A DNA stretch of 61,762 bases, filler included, from Squatina squatina (lineage: Eukaryota), in NCBI GenBank assembly GCA_031763465.1. It is 4 parts of 4 records of this genome, joined end to end, with 100 filler letters (N's around TTAATTAATTAA, not from the genome) between each part and the next. Parts side by side here need not be neighbours in the genome. Positions count along the whole stretch, not along the records: positions 1 to 15,353 come from JARFOE010000001.1; positions 15,454 to 30,349 come from JARFOE010664962.1; 2 more parts are not named here. The stretch is one strand, 5' to 3'. The notes beneath the pieces were generated by a model that saw nothing but the letters and a program-made list of their open reading frames with translations, had not been told where the DNA came from and made no database searches. Both the position numbers and the translations under genes were made by a program. Positions 13,797 through 25,390 of the stretch are shown here, in pieces (within the stretch, counting starts at the first letter, position 1; every line of letters starts with the position of its first letter).

Positions 13797-14369
13797 GTAA
13801 GCATTGCTCTGTTTACTTATTACAAGGGAAAATTTTACAAAATTGTTCATTGACCTCCTCCCTCCCCTCAAATTGAATTGAATATCTTCCATCACATTTC
13901 TATTAGCCAACCTTTCGTAACTAATCTGCACAGCTGACATCTCTATCGTCTGAGTAATCTAGGGGCCATTGTGCTGCAAGGAGTTTTTTTTAGCTTTATA
14001 GTCTAGGTAATGAATAAATTACTCAGTGGAAAACAAATATAACCTTCAACCCTTTTTTCTTAACCAGGTATCTGTAAGCTTCTTTTTTGAAAGAGTTAAT
14101 CAACACAGCATTAACAGTTTTTGCTGAGAGTCTGTTTCACATAATCACTGCTCTGCAAGAGGAAAAAAACTTCTTTTAAACTCTTTCGCTTGAGACTTGT
14201 TAATTTTGCACCTGTGTCCTGTAGTTCTATAGTCATAGTCCAAGCTAAATAGTAACTTGTGTTCAATTCTTAAAAATGATGGGAGTTGGTTTCCGACCCC
14301 TGGCGTGCAGTGCAATGATATCATTCCTGTTCCAGTATATCAACAGCAGAAAAAACAAAACATGAGCAA

Positions 14370-14622
14370 CAGCAACTTTCACGAATATAGCACCTTTAAC
14401 ATTAAGAAAATTCAAAGGCGATTCATAGTGGAGATTTATGGAGGGTCAGATGCTGAGCAATGGATAGCTTAGGAGGGATGACCAAAAGCTTGGTTAAAAG
14501 ATGAGCTTTGAGTACATTTTCAACAATAGAAAAAGTAGAGGTGGTGGGGTTTATGGAGCGAGTTCCAGAAAGTAGGAGCAAGGTGACTAATGTTTCTGGC
14601 ACCAATGGTGGGGTGAATGAAA
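14370..14622 (-). mobile_element. L2 LINE 3' end fragment
   Basis: GACCAAAAGCTTGGTTAAA and TATAGCACCTTTAAC match the L2 tail at 52762-52945 and 26840-27235. Confidence 0.5.
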
Positions 14623-15353
14623 NNNNNNNNNNNNNNNNNNNNNNNNNNNNNNNNNNNNNNNNNNNNNNNNNNNNNNNNNNNNNNNNNNNNNNNNNNNNNN
14701 NNNNNNNNNNNNNNNNNNNNNNCATATAAACAAGTGTAAAATTATAGATTTTGACTGAATTCTGATTTTTTTTTACAAATATATTTGTACTTATGTGTTC
14801 TTAGCATAAGGTTTGTAGGAAACACACTTGGTGTGGAGGTCATTGGCAAAGGTACAATACCAGCCCATTTTACAAATCGATTTTATTGCATACCAGTTTT
14901 TTTTCATAAGAGCATTTTGTACTCTAACTTTAAATTCAAAACTAACTCAGCTTTGAATCTCAGAAAAGAATCATTACTGCATGATTGCAGTATTATGTTC
15001 TCCTGAACTTAAGAATGAAAAATGTAACATAGCAGCAAGTTTTATAAATCATTTAGGTTTTTTTCTATGATGTCAACTATTTCAACTATTGCATTGGGTT
15101 TAAATAATTGCTAAATTTAGTTGTACAATGCTTATTTATCATTTGCTTTTATTAATTTTCAGAATTTACAGAAATATTAACATAAGAAAAGTAACACGCA
15201 CCATTGGGTTGAATAGTGTTATGTGATATCTGTAACAAATGAGTTAACAAAATTCCAGTGTCTGCTTTTTTAAAAAATGGGTGGTTTGGGAGTGTGGGTG
15301 TAGTTAAAGTGTTAAAAATATGAATCCCGACCTGAACCCGCCTCCAACCCACC

Positions 15354-15453
15354 NNNNNNNNNNNNNNNNNNNNNNNNNNNNNNNNNNNNNNNNNNNNTTA
15401 ATTAATTAANNNNNNNNNNNNNNNNNNNNNNNNNNNNNNNNNNNNNNNNNNNN
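15354..15453. other. Artificial scaffold-concatenation linker (N44-TTAATTAATTAA-N44)
   Basis: Six-frame stop palindrome centred in exactly 100 nt; the same construct occurs three times. Confidence 0.95.
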
Positions 15454-15645
15454 CAGCACGGGTTAGATACAGAGTAAAGCTCCCTCTACACTGTCCCATC
15501 AAACACTCCCAGGACAGGTACAGCACGGGTCAGATACAGAGTAAAGCTCCCTCTACACAGTCCATCAAACACTCCCAGGGCAGGTACAGCACGGGTTAGA
15601 TCGAGTAAAGCTCCCTCTACACAGTCCCATCAAACACTCCCAGCT
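15454..15645 (+). repeat. ~67-bp tandem repeat, about 3 copies
   Basis: Unit CAGCACGGGTTAGATACAGAGTAAAGCTCCCTCTACACTGTCCCATCAAACACTCCCAGGACAGGTA starts at 15454, 15521 and 15587. Confidence 0.9.
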
Positions 15646-16084
15646 CAGTTACTTTTGAACACATGTTCTTTCGATTTGAAACCAAATTGCTGCAGTTAAT
15701 TTTGATACAAAAACAGAAAACAAACATGAAGGTCAGAACATGATCCGGGGTCCTAATTGTGGGAGTCTGCAGGCTGTTTATTTATCTGAAAGGAACATAT
15801 TTAGCTGAACTAAATATTTTGTAGAGCTCGGTGACTGAATACATTTTTCCTTAATTGTGAAGTCAGTGACTGGACTGGTTTAGATTCTGAACAAAACTGC
15901 TTCATATTTCTGATGTGTTATCGAGCTTTGCTGTTCAAATGAACTGTTAGTTCTCAGTTCAGCACCCGAGGAAGTTCAGTGCCAATTCCATGTCATCCTT
16001 TATCATCCAACTGGGTTAGATTTCAAAGGTTCCTGTTGTTGTTTTAACCAAGGCTGATTGTCATGCATTGGAAGTGGTTGTGAA

Positions 16085-16465
16085 AGGAAGAACTTTCCTT
16101 TTTATATACAGCACCTTTCATGACCTCAGGATGTTCCTGAGCACTTCACTGCCAATGAAGTACTTTTGAAGTGTTTGTAACACAGGGAACATGACAGGCA
16201 GTTTGTGCACAGCAGGATCCCACAAACAATAGCATGATAATGACCAGACAATCTGTTTAGTGCTGTTCCGGGATAAATATTGGCCTGGACATCGGGGAGT
16301 TAGTTTAACGTCTCATCCAAAAGACACCACTTCCAACAGTGCAGCAACCCCTCAGTATTGCACTGGAGTGTCAGCCTACATTTTGTGCTCAAGTCTCTGG
16401 AGTGGGACTTGAACCCACAACCATGTGGCTCCGAGGCGAGAGTGCGACTCTGAGTCACAGCTGAA
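16085..16465 (-). mobile_element. tRNA-derived SINE (SacSINE1/DeuSINE-like)
   Basis: Reverse complement of the 55010-55410 family, with a B-box-like GGGTTCAAGTCCC. Confidence 0.75.
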
Positions 16466-16710
16466 TAGGCGGCTATTGTCTGTATAAACCATCGCCCAAA
16501 GTGAACATTACCCCGCTCATCTCTCCCAAAGAAAGTAACACCAGGCTACTTAATCTTTCCTTCTCACTTAACGTGCCAATACTGGGAACCATCCTGGATC
16601 CGTAGCGCTGTGAGCTCTCATGGCCCAGAGTGTCCTTTGCCATGACTGGGTGATCCAGAATTGCACACAGACCTTCACATGAGGTTTGACCAACCACCCA
16701 CGATACAATG

Positions 16711-16895
16711 GGGGGTGAAATTGGTCTCGGGCCGTAACATGAAACGGGCGATGGTAAATCACCCGCCCGTTATACACCTGCCCAGATTTTAATTCCATTG
16801 ACTACAATAGAAAAGAAAATCGGGCGGAGTGTGGAACGGGCTGTCGATCCACCATTGATCGTTTCGCACAACCATCCAAGACCAATTTCACCCCC
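16711..16895. mobile_element. Palindromic MITE with perfect 17-bp terminal inverted repeats
   Basis: GGGGGTGAAATTGGTCT at 16711 and AGACCAATTTCACCCCC ending 16895, with a central TTCCATTGACTACAATAGAA palindrome. Confidence 0.8.
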
Positions 16896-17264
16896 AGTGT
16901 GTTCTTTTTAAACCGAGTTCTCTGCTGATCCAGCCAAGCTCCTGTTGAGCATTCTTACAGGAGCACTTCAGCAGAGTGCTGAGAGTTTCATGGATTGTTT
17001 CAGTTGTTCCCAGATGCATTTCCCGATCACCACGCCACAACATCGTACGATGCATTGCCCCACACTTACCGCCCAAAAGACCATTGACTGTAAATGCTGA
17101 CTGATATTATCGTGCCACCCGCAATGGAAACACTCAGCAGTTCAGGCAGCACCTGTGGAGAGAGAAGCAGAGTTAACATTTCAGATCGATGACCTTTCAT
17201 CAGAACTCTTTTATTTGGATTTCCAGGATCCACAGCATTTTAATTTTGTTTTACAGTTGTTGAA

Positions 17265-17640
17265 GAAGACTTGAATTTTTACAGTCCTGTTTACAGCTGC
17301 AGGACGTCCCAAAGGGCCACACAGCCAAAGGAATACATTTGAAGTGTAGTCACTGTTGTAATATAGGGAAACGCAGCAACCAATCTGCGCACAGCAAGCT
17401 CCCACAAACAGCAATGAGATAAAGACCAGATCATCTGTTTCAGAGCTGATGGATGAGGGCTAAATGTTGGCCAGGACACTGGTGAGAACTCACCTGGTCT
17501 TTGAAATAGTTCCGTGGAATCTCTTACATCCCATCTCAGAGGGTGGGTGGGTAGATCCTCGGTTTACCATCTCACCCGAAAGACGGCACCTCGGACAGTG
17601 CAGCGCTCCGTCAGCACTGCACTGGAGTGTCAGCACATTA
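17265..17640 (-). mobile_element. tRNA-derived SINE (SacSINE1/DeuSINE-like)
   Basis: Contains GGGAAACGCAGCAACCAATCTGCGCACAGCAAGCTCCCACAAACAGCAATG, the family core. Confidence 0.75.
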
Positions 17641-20306
17641 ACACTTTCCGGGCTCACCAGTCCTCCTGAATCCAGCTCTATTTTTCTTCATTCGCACTGC
17701 CTCCGCTTCTTGTAAAAGAGGCAAATTTGAGGGAGTTTCTCAGGAAAACCTTTCTCACTTTCGGAGACAGTATCTGAGTAATTTCCAGCATGACATGTGG
17801 TCAGTAGCATGCTTGGGAGGAGCCGGTGACTTTAGACTTGTGGGTCTAAAAGCTCTCCACCGTTTGGAGTTTTCCTCGCCTCATGTCTGCGTCTATTGTA
17901 GACTCATCGCTCGAGATTGATCGCTGTGATGAGTCCACAGCTCTATTATCATACCAGGATGGTAGAAGGGTCTAGATTAGGGTGACCGTGCACATTTGTT
18001 TTACATTTGTGGTGTATATGTGCAACTGTTTAAAACAAACTTTTTGCCTCCATTTTCCATTCTGGCTACTTTGCTGTGCTCCCACCCTGTTTATCCCCCA
18101 AATTCAATTTACGAAAGATGGTCACCCTAACTGAGCTGGACCTTAGGAATTGCAGGACCAAGACAGCCCATGTTCCTAAGCCGCAAGGTTCCTAGAACTG
18201 ACAATTGGATATCTCTTTCATAAGCCATTTCAAACCTGAGAAGCCATCTGTGAATACTGTGCATTTCTAGATTGTCTATCCAGCACTGCATCTTATGGTT
18301 TCTGTTCTTTGACACTTTACCTTTGACTTGCATGGCTTTTCATCAGAAGCTGTAGTGCCAGCGGCCAGAATTTTCATGCCTTTGCAGTTCTTGGCTGTCG
18401 ACCGGTCCTCATGGGCAATTTTAACCTACCCTGCAGTTGGCAAACTGAATGGATCGGGTACAATACTGGTTTCACACCCAGCCCGATTTGACTCTGTCGT
18501 CGATGGAGAGTAATATTGGGCAAGGTGTAAAACTGGCATTCCACCCAATCTCACGGCTTTACCGCCCGGCGAGTTAGGTTCAAGTGACCCAATGCTGACC
18601 TCTTGCAGTGGTTTCCATTTCTCACCAGTCCATTGTAATATTTCCCGGGTGAATTAACATGAAAGTCTCATTAACTATTCCCCACCCGCCGCCCCCCGCC
18701 CCCAGTTTCCACTGAGCATCTCCCAACTGTTTGGATTTTGCTGGTCGTTGAACTGATTTGCAGTCGCTTCTACAATCTTGCCGCACAGAAGGATGTCAGT
18801 CCATTCTCTCTCATTCTAGTGAACAGCTCTATTCTGATCACCACATATAAAGAAGTCCTCATCTTCAGCCTGAACTATTCAACCTTGTCACCTTATTAAA
18901 GTTTAAATGCAGAAGAGCCAGTGAACACAGTGGCTGTTGAACAGAAAACCGAGTGATGCAGCACTCCTGCACAACCTGTTGCTCTCTCTCTGTTACTCTC
19001 TCCCCATCTCTATCCTGCACAACCTCCACACACATGCACTAACTTGCTCCTTGGGTTTTCAGCTGTTTTTTATCACCTGTGATGATGAACATCCTGTCAA
19101 TTTACATAAATCTCTGTACAGTCCCATCCTTGCCCTATTTCTAAGAGTTCAGTCATTAATGGCCTTTCTACTTTTACTGTCCTTGACCTCAACTCGCTGG
19201 CCCTCCATCACCTCGGCTTACATTAACCTTCTAATGTTTTATGCCAGTGTGGCCGGCATTTATTGCTCATCCCTGGTTGCCCTGGGGATGTGACTGGAGT
19301 GACATGTAGGCCCAGACCGGGGAGGGTGGCAGGTTCCCTTCCCTGAAGAACTTTAATGAATCAGGTGCGTTTTTACCACAATCTGGCAGCTTCCCCTGGT
19401 CATTTTATCTGGTGCCAGACCAGAAATCACCAGAATGAATGGTCTCAATTTCCCAACTTGCCATGGCGTGGTTTGTACTCACAAACTCTCACACAATGTA
19501 TTTCCATGGGTCCTATTTGTTATCTTACCCATGTGACCATTCTCTGCAGGTTCTGCCTGTCAATTATGTAGAATCTAAAGTACTTTAATCTCCCAATCCA
19601 TGTCACCTCTTTAAAAAGAGGACAAGACTGCTGCCAATGAATCAGAAGCGGTCTGCGCATGCGCACTGACGGTTCGTCACGGGAGCGGGTTCGTTTAAAA
19701 AAATGTTAAAGGTGGGAAAATTAAAAAGAAAAGAAAAGCCGTGAAGGGAGCAGCCTGGTGAAGAAGTCGGAGCACTCCTCAGATCCTCTGTCTGTTGTGG
19801 TGAACATTATTTTAAAAATTTGGGACCTGACAGTTATGCGCAGAATGCTTCTGTGCAGCTTCTAGTAGCTTCCGGTTCGTCGGTAGGAGTCACTCCATTT
19901 TGAGAAAAGTCTCAGTTATTCCAATAACTTGGTGCCGAATCCTGCCATTTCTGTAAACTCCTATCATTCGGTGCAAACATTAATTGGTTTTGGGATGACA
20001 GACAGGGCCTCGGTTTAATGTCTCATCTGAAAGGTGGCACCTCAGACAGTGGAGCACTCCCTCAGTAGTGCACTGGAGTGACGGCCCAGATCATGGGCTC
20101 AAGTCTCTGGATGGGCTTGAAACCACGACTTTCTGACTCCGAGGTGAGAGTGCCACCAACTGAGATTAAAACTGTAAACTCTTGCATATCAGTGTAACTG
20201 TTTTTGGAAATGGCTGGTTTTATACAGAACAAAATCTCTCCTGCTGCATCTGCCTGTAATGAACATTTTTACTCGACTTACCCGTGTGCACCTATTTATG
20301 TTTCAG

Positions 20307-20627
20307 ATGTCCAGTCTGCACCATCAGTCTACATCCCCAACCCTTCCTGCGGCAGGAACTCCAACCAAGATGAGGTCACCTTCCTCTGCCTGGTCAAGGA
20401 CTTTCAGCCCGAGAGCATCAGTCAGACATGGTCCAGTAACAGTGCAGACATCACGACTGGAATCAAGAAGTATCCGGCAGTCTTGGGGCAAAATATGAAG
20501 TACACGATGAGCAGTGTGCTCAAAGTCTCTACGTCAGATTGGAAAGCCAATGGGTTCTACTACTGCAAGGCGGGGTACAAGCCAAATGAAATGGTGGAAG
20601 TTCCGACCCCAATATATGAACCTGAAC
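20307..20627 (+). CDS. IgW: Immunoglobulin W heavy chain CH1 exon
   Basis: tttcag|...|gttagt, phase 1-1. C1-set Ig domain [15 protein letters not shown]...[17 protein letters not shown]...KKYPAVLG...YYCKAGYKP has IgW-type CH1 features. Confidence 0.9.
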
Positions 20628-21009
20628 GTTAGTACAAGACCTTATTTGCCATTTAAACTGCACTATCGGGGGATGTAATTGGACACAGAAATTTCACCAG
20701 CCAATGTAGGAGGTTGTTGTGCAATAGAGCCCGAATGAATTCTTGTGCCCATATATTCTATTCCTGGACGCCAGCAGTGCTGATGGTAACAGAATAAAGG
20801 ACAGTGAGAAATCACATGCAAGGGCAGAGACGTAATGTCATTGGAACCACATCTGCTGTCCGTGATACAACGCGTCCGATATTCAGTTCTAAAGTCAATG
20901 AAGCTGAGCATCGGGCGGAGTGTGTAACGGGCGACCGATGTCATACCGCCTGCATTGGGCCCGTGCCCATGTCCAATTTTAGACCCACCCCCAATCAGGC
21001 TGTGGTTCA

Positions 21010-21750
21010 TCGAATCATACAGGACAGGAGGCCATTTGGCCCATCACGCCTGTATCAGCGGTAGCAGAGGTATCAAATTAGTCCCACTCACCCTGCTCTT
21101 TCCCCAAAGCCCAGGACATTTCCCCTGTTCAAATACTTATTCAATTCTCTTTTGAAAATTACGATTGAATCTGCTTCCACCACCCTCTTTCAGGCAGTGC
21201 ATTACAGATCTTAAATGGTCGCAGTCATTTTTTGGGGGTTAAATTCCTCCCCCTCCCCCACCCTCGGCTTCTTTTTGCCAATTATATTAAATCTGTGTCC
21301 TCTGGCTACCAATCCACCTGCCAGTGGAAACAGTTCCCCACCCCCCATCCACTAAATCCCTCCCAATTTTGAACCCCTCCATGAAATCCTCCCTTCGCCT
21401 TCTCTGCTCTACTTATAACTGAAGTTCTCCATCCCTGGAATCATTCCAATAAATCTCCACTGCACCCTCTGCAAGGCCTTGAATTCCTTTGTAAAGGTGT
21501 GGTGCCCAGAATTGGACACAATATACTAGTTGAGGCCTTACCAGTGATTTATAATGGTTTTGCAATACCTTCCTTGCTTTTGTGCTCTATGCCTCTATTT
21601 CGAAAGCCCAGGGTCCCGTATGCCTTTTATTAAACAGCCTCATCAACTTGTCCTGTCACCTTCAAAGATTTGTGTATATAAACCCACAGGTCGCTTCCGT
21701 CCCTGCACCCCCTTTAATATTGCACCATTTAATTTATTTTGCCTCTTTCG
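21010..21750 (-). mobile_element. CR1 LINE 3' end
   Basis: Starts with the reverse of a CR1 tail (GAATCATACAGG...GGCCATTTGGCCCATC) followed by RT C-terminal sequence (CCAGAATTGGACACAATA). Confidence 0.7.
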
Positions 21751-22388
21751 TTCTTCCATGACTGAAGTCAATGGAAAAGAAAATTGGGTGGAGCACAAAG
21801 CGGGCTGCCAATTCGCTGTTGTGCGTTTTGCGCTCCCACCCGAGACCAGTTTCTATGACATTTTACTTCAAATGGGCTTGTTCTTCCATTGCAATATGGA
21901 GAGAGGAATGTTGTAGGTACGGGCTAAACCTGCCTCCACTATTATGGACAATTGTAATTTCCACATGAAGTCCCCCAAAGGCTCAGCAAAAACTTTACAA
22001 AGTGCGACCCTGTAAGCACCGATCTCCGACCCATCTGTGGGCAATGTGGGATGTTCAGGTGCCAACAGAAAAATGCTGAACATATACAGCAAGTTGGTCA
22101 GCATCTGAAGTGTGAACAGGTAGACTTGTTTGTCCGAACTCAGAGCTGAAGAGTAACCAAACATTTCAGGAGTGGGCAAGAGAGAACCCAGTAGATTTTC
22201 AGACTGCTTGATATGAAAGGTCAACTGAGTGATACACAGCTGGCAGTTGTACTGTCGATACTGATATCTGTACAGAGGAACACAGGAACAGGTGTAGGCT
22301 ATTCAACCCCTCCAGCCTATTCTGCTACTCAATTAGATCATGGCGAGTCTCAACCCCATTTAATCTGCAATATTGCAATGTGTTACAG

Positions 22389-22697
22389 CTCAACCTCCAA
22401 AGCTTATCTCCCTTGTTCCATCCCCGGAGGCTGTCTACAATCAAACCGAAGTGGTACTGGGCTGTGCGATATCTGGATTCCATCCCAACGAACTTCAAGC
22501 TTCCTGGGAGAAAGCCGGAGTGGAACAAACAGATGCTGTTCTCCTCCCTTCCATGCAGAAAACTGATGCAACTTTTGAAACGGTGACTTACCTGATGGTG
22601 CCTGTGGAGGAATGGACCAAAGGAGACGTCTACACTTGCAAAGTGTTCCATGAATCTTCCAGCTTCAGTGACAGGATCAGCATGAGGTATCGAAAGG
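22389..22697 (+). CDS. IgW: IgW CH2 exon
   Basis: ttacag|...|gtaagt, phase 1-1, encoding QPPKLISLVPSPEAVYNQTEVVLGCAISGFHP...WTKGDVYTCKVFHESSSFSDRISMRYRK. Confidence 0.92.
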
Positions 22698-23423
22698 GTA
22701 AGTGGTGTCTGAGGGGAAAAAGAATACACTGTCAGTTATTCAGCCTTGTAAATGAATGCGCTGACACTCACCCTTAATTTGTGAATCCTTGTCCCTAATA
22801 TCGACCTTGGTGAGAGGCAAGATGTTTAATATTTTGAGTTGATATTGAACCGACACTTGGAGAGTAATTTTAAACCAACGCGCTGGGTGGGGAAACTGCC
22901 GGGATCGGGTTGGCCACCTGTTTATACCCTCGCCCAATATTAGTCTCCGCTAACTTCAATGGAAAGGAAAATGGGGCGGAGTGTGAAATGGGCGGCCCAT
23001 CTGATACCATCCACAATTCAAATCACCTCCTACCTGTTCTCTTTCTACTGTCTCCCAAATGTTGTTCTATGAAAGGAATCTATCCAGTTTTGCATTTTAA
23101 TAAATCTTCATGATCTGCTGCCACCATCTCCTGAGGGAGCATATTCCATAGATTGAGCTCTCACTGAAATATTGTTTCCCCAGATCAGATTAGAATTCAT
23201 CCCCCACCCCACCAACTTTCCAGCGCAGGTCCTGTCCTCTGGTTCGACTGCTCAGGACCAGGTGAAACAGCTTTTCATGGTCTACATGATCTGGTCCCTT
23301 TTTAGGATCCCAAAAACTCAGGATGGAGCAGAGTTCAGGGGCTGTGTGGAGCTCCCACTTTCCCAGCACGGGAGGGGAGGTGAGAATGCATAAGGCTTAA
23401 ATCTCCAACTCTTCTAGTTCCAG

Positions 23424-23537
23424 GTGGAAACGGTGCTTGCTCTTGTTCTGCGTGTTTGCCGAAGTTCCTCGACTAGACTAACCTGAACGTGACATTCTCA
23501 ATATAGATGTCGCCAACAAAAGTGCAAAATAAAGTGA
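23424..23537 (+). pseudogene. IgW: IgW short-form cysteine-rich secretory tail exon, copy 1 (premature stop and 17-nt deletion)
   Basis: ttccag| then (G)GNGACSCSACLPKFLD* with TAG at 23474-23476, then TNLNVTF and an out-of-frame QYRCRQQKCKIK*. Aligns to the intact copy at 25257. Confidence 0.8.
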
Positions 23538-23933
23538 TTGGTTGTGAATGGAATTGGCCGTTGGATTTTATTGCAAACTGTTTGGCGGGTCCAAATCCAG
23601 CCCACGGTGTCTGGCGGGATGGAGTATTAACAGGGGGAGTTTATACAGCCGAAGCTCAGGTTCCACACCCAACCCACTCCTTGTCTGTACAGTCATTTTT
23701 TTTGTGAACTGTGCTGGGTCACTTTGGATCAGGTCCCGACTTCCCAGCTTAACTGGTGCCTCTCTGGTCTGACTCTGGAGGCAAGAATTAGAAGCCCATC
23801 TCTCGCCCAGGGATGCAGTGGAGTGGGAGGTGGNNNNNNNNNNNNNNNNNNNNNNNNNNNNNNNNNNNNNNNNNNNNNNNNNNNNNNNNNNNNNNNNNNN
23901 NNNNNNNNNNNNNNNNNNNNNNNNNNNNNNNNN

Positions 23934-23996
23934 CCTGTACAGTGTCTCATCCGCCCTCCAAGTTCCACACCAGCCGGGATGTGAAGAATGACCAAG
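23934..23996 (+). CDS. IgW: 3' end of an additional IgW CH4-type exon (remainder in N-gap)
   Basis: CTVSHPPSKFHTSRDVKNDQ|gtaggc, identical to 28465-28527. Confidence 0.85.
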
Positions 23997-24139
23997 GTAG
24001 GCCCCTGGGCCTGATTCCAATGTTGACATCATGTGTCCCCACTGCTGTAAAGCCTGCTGGAGCTCAACAGGTTCAACACTGATGACATAGGTAATGTAGC
24101 GGTTATGTGAGTGGACGAGTAATGCAGAGGCCTGGAGAA

Positions 24140-24607
24140 AGAAAGAAAGAGAACTGCATTTATGTTTCTCCTTTCACAACCTCAGTGCATTCAAAAGCGC
24201 TTTACAGCCAACAAAGTAAGTTTTCATTGAAGTGTAGTCACTGCTGTCACGTAAGGGACGCATCAACCAACCTGCACACAGCAAGGTCCCATAAACAGCA
24301 ATGTAGAAATGAGCAGATAATCTGTCTTCTTGCTGCTGGTGGAGGGATAAATATTGAGCAGGCCACGGAGGAGATCTCCCTGCTCTTCTTCAAAATAGTG
24401 GAGGTGGGATCTCTTTGGTCCACCTGAGAGGGCAGACGGGATCTCGGTTTAACGTCTCATCTGAAAGGTGGCACAGCCGACAGTGCAGCGCTCCCTCAGT
24501 ACTGGGACTGGGAGTGTTGGTCTGGATTATGTGCTCAAGTCTCTGCAGTGAGGCTTGAACGGACAACTTTCTGACAGAGGAGAGGTTGTTGCCAATGAGC
24601 CAAGGCT
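24140..24607 (-). mobile_element. tRNA-derived SINE, duplicated with the IgW block (counterpart at 28675-29095)
   Basis: Family core present at the same position relative to the CH4 exon in both copies. Confidence 0.75.
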
Positions 24608-25256
24608 GAAAGTCATAGTTAATAATCCAGAGAACTGAGTTCAGATCCCACCAAGGCAGTTTGAGAATTTGAATTCAGTTCCTGAAGTAAAAACTGTAAA
24701 TAAAAGGTTGTTAGAAGTGACCGTGAAGGCCGTTTACACCCTTGCCCAATTGTACTCTCCATGGCTTCAATAGAAAGGAAAATGGGGTGGGCGTGAAGCG
24801 GGCGGCACATCTGGTACTTTCCACAGTTCGAATCACGTCCTACAAGTTCCTTTTATACTGCTTCCAAAATGTTGCTTTGTGTAACAAATCTATCCAAATG
24901 TGGTTTTTTGAAGTAAATTTTGAAATTGCATGAATTACCACAATCTGCTTCCACCGTCTCCCGCGGGAGCAAGTTCCATAGATTCACCACTCACTGAAAC
25001 ATTGGCCCACTCCATTAGATTTGAATTGACACCTCGCCCCATTTAAGCACAGGTCCTGTCGTCTGGTTCTACTGTCCAAGACAAGGTGAAACAGCTTTTC
25101 ATGGTCTGCATGATCTGGTCCCTTTCGAATCCTAAAAGCTCAGGATGAAGCAGAGTTCAAGGACCGTGTGGAGCTCCCACTTTCCCAGCACAGGTGGGAG
25201 GCGGTGGGGGAGGTGAGAATGTATAACGCTTAAATCTGCAACTCTTCGAGTTCCAG

Positions 25257-25390
25257 GTGGAAAGGGTCCTGCTTGCTCATGTTCTGGGTGTATTCCAAGG
25301 TTCATCTACCAGACTTACCTTAACGTGACCCTTTCCAACGGTGCTGAACGTCAATATAGATGTCGCCAACAAACATGCGAAATAAAGTGA
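25257..25390 (+). CDS. IgW: IgW short-form cysteine-rich secretory tail exon, copy 2 (intact)
   Basis: ttccag| phase 1, encoding (G)GKGPACSCSGCIPRFIYQTYLNVTLSNGAERQYRCRQQTCEIK*. Resembles the skate IgX/IgW short tail as recalled (GGKCPGCSKCLPKFIYQSNLNVSFSDG...CEIK). AATAAA at 25381. Confidence 0.85.

Noticed and set aside
15398-15409. TTAATTAATTAA palindrome recurring three times
   Set aside because: It is always centred in 44+44 Ns, so it is an artificial six-frame-stop linker. No linkage across it should be inferred.
15650-20300. Search for JH/DH segments upstream of CH1
   Set aside because: I found no convincing RSS plus WGxG motif; the V-D-J cluster is probably outside this piece.
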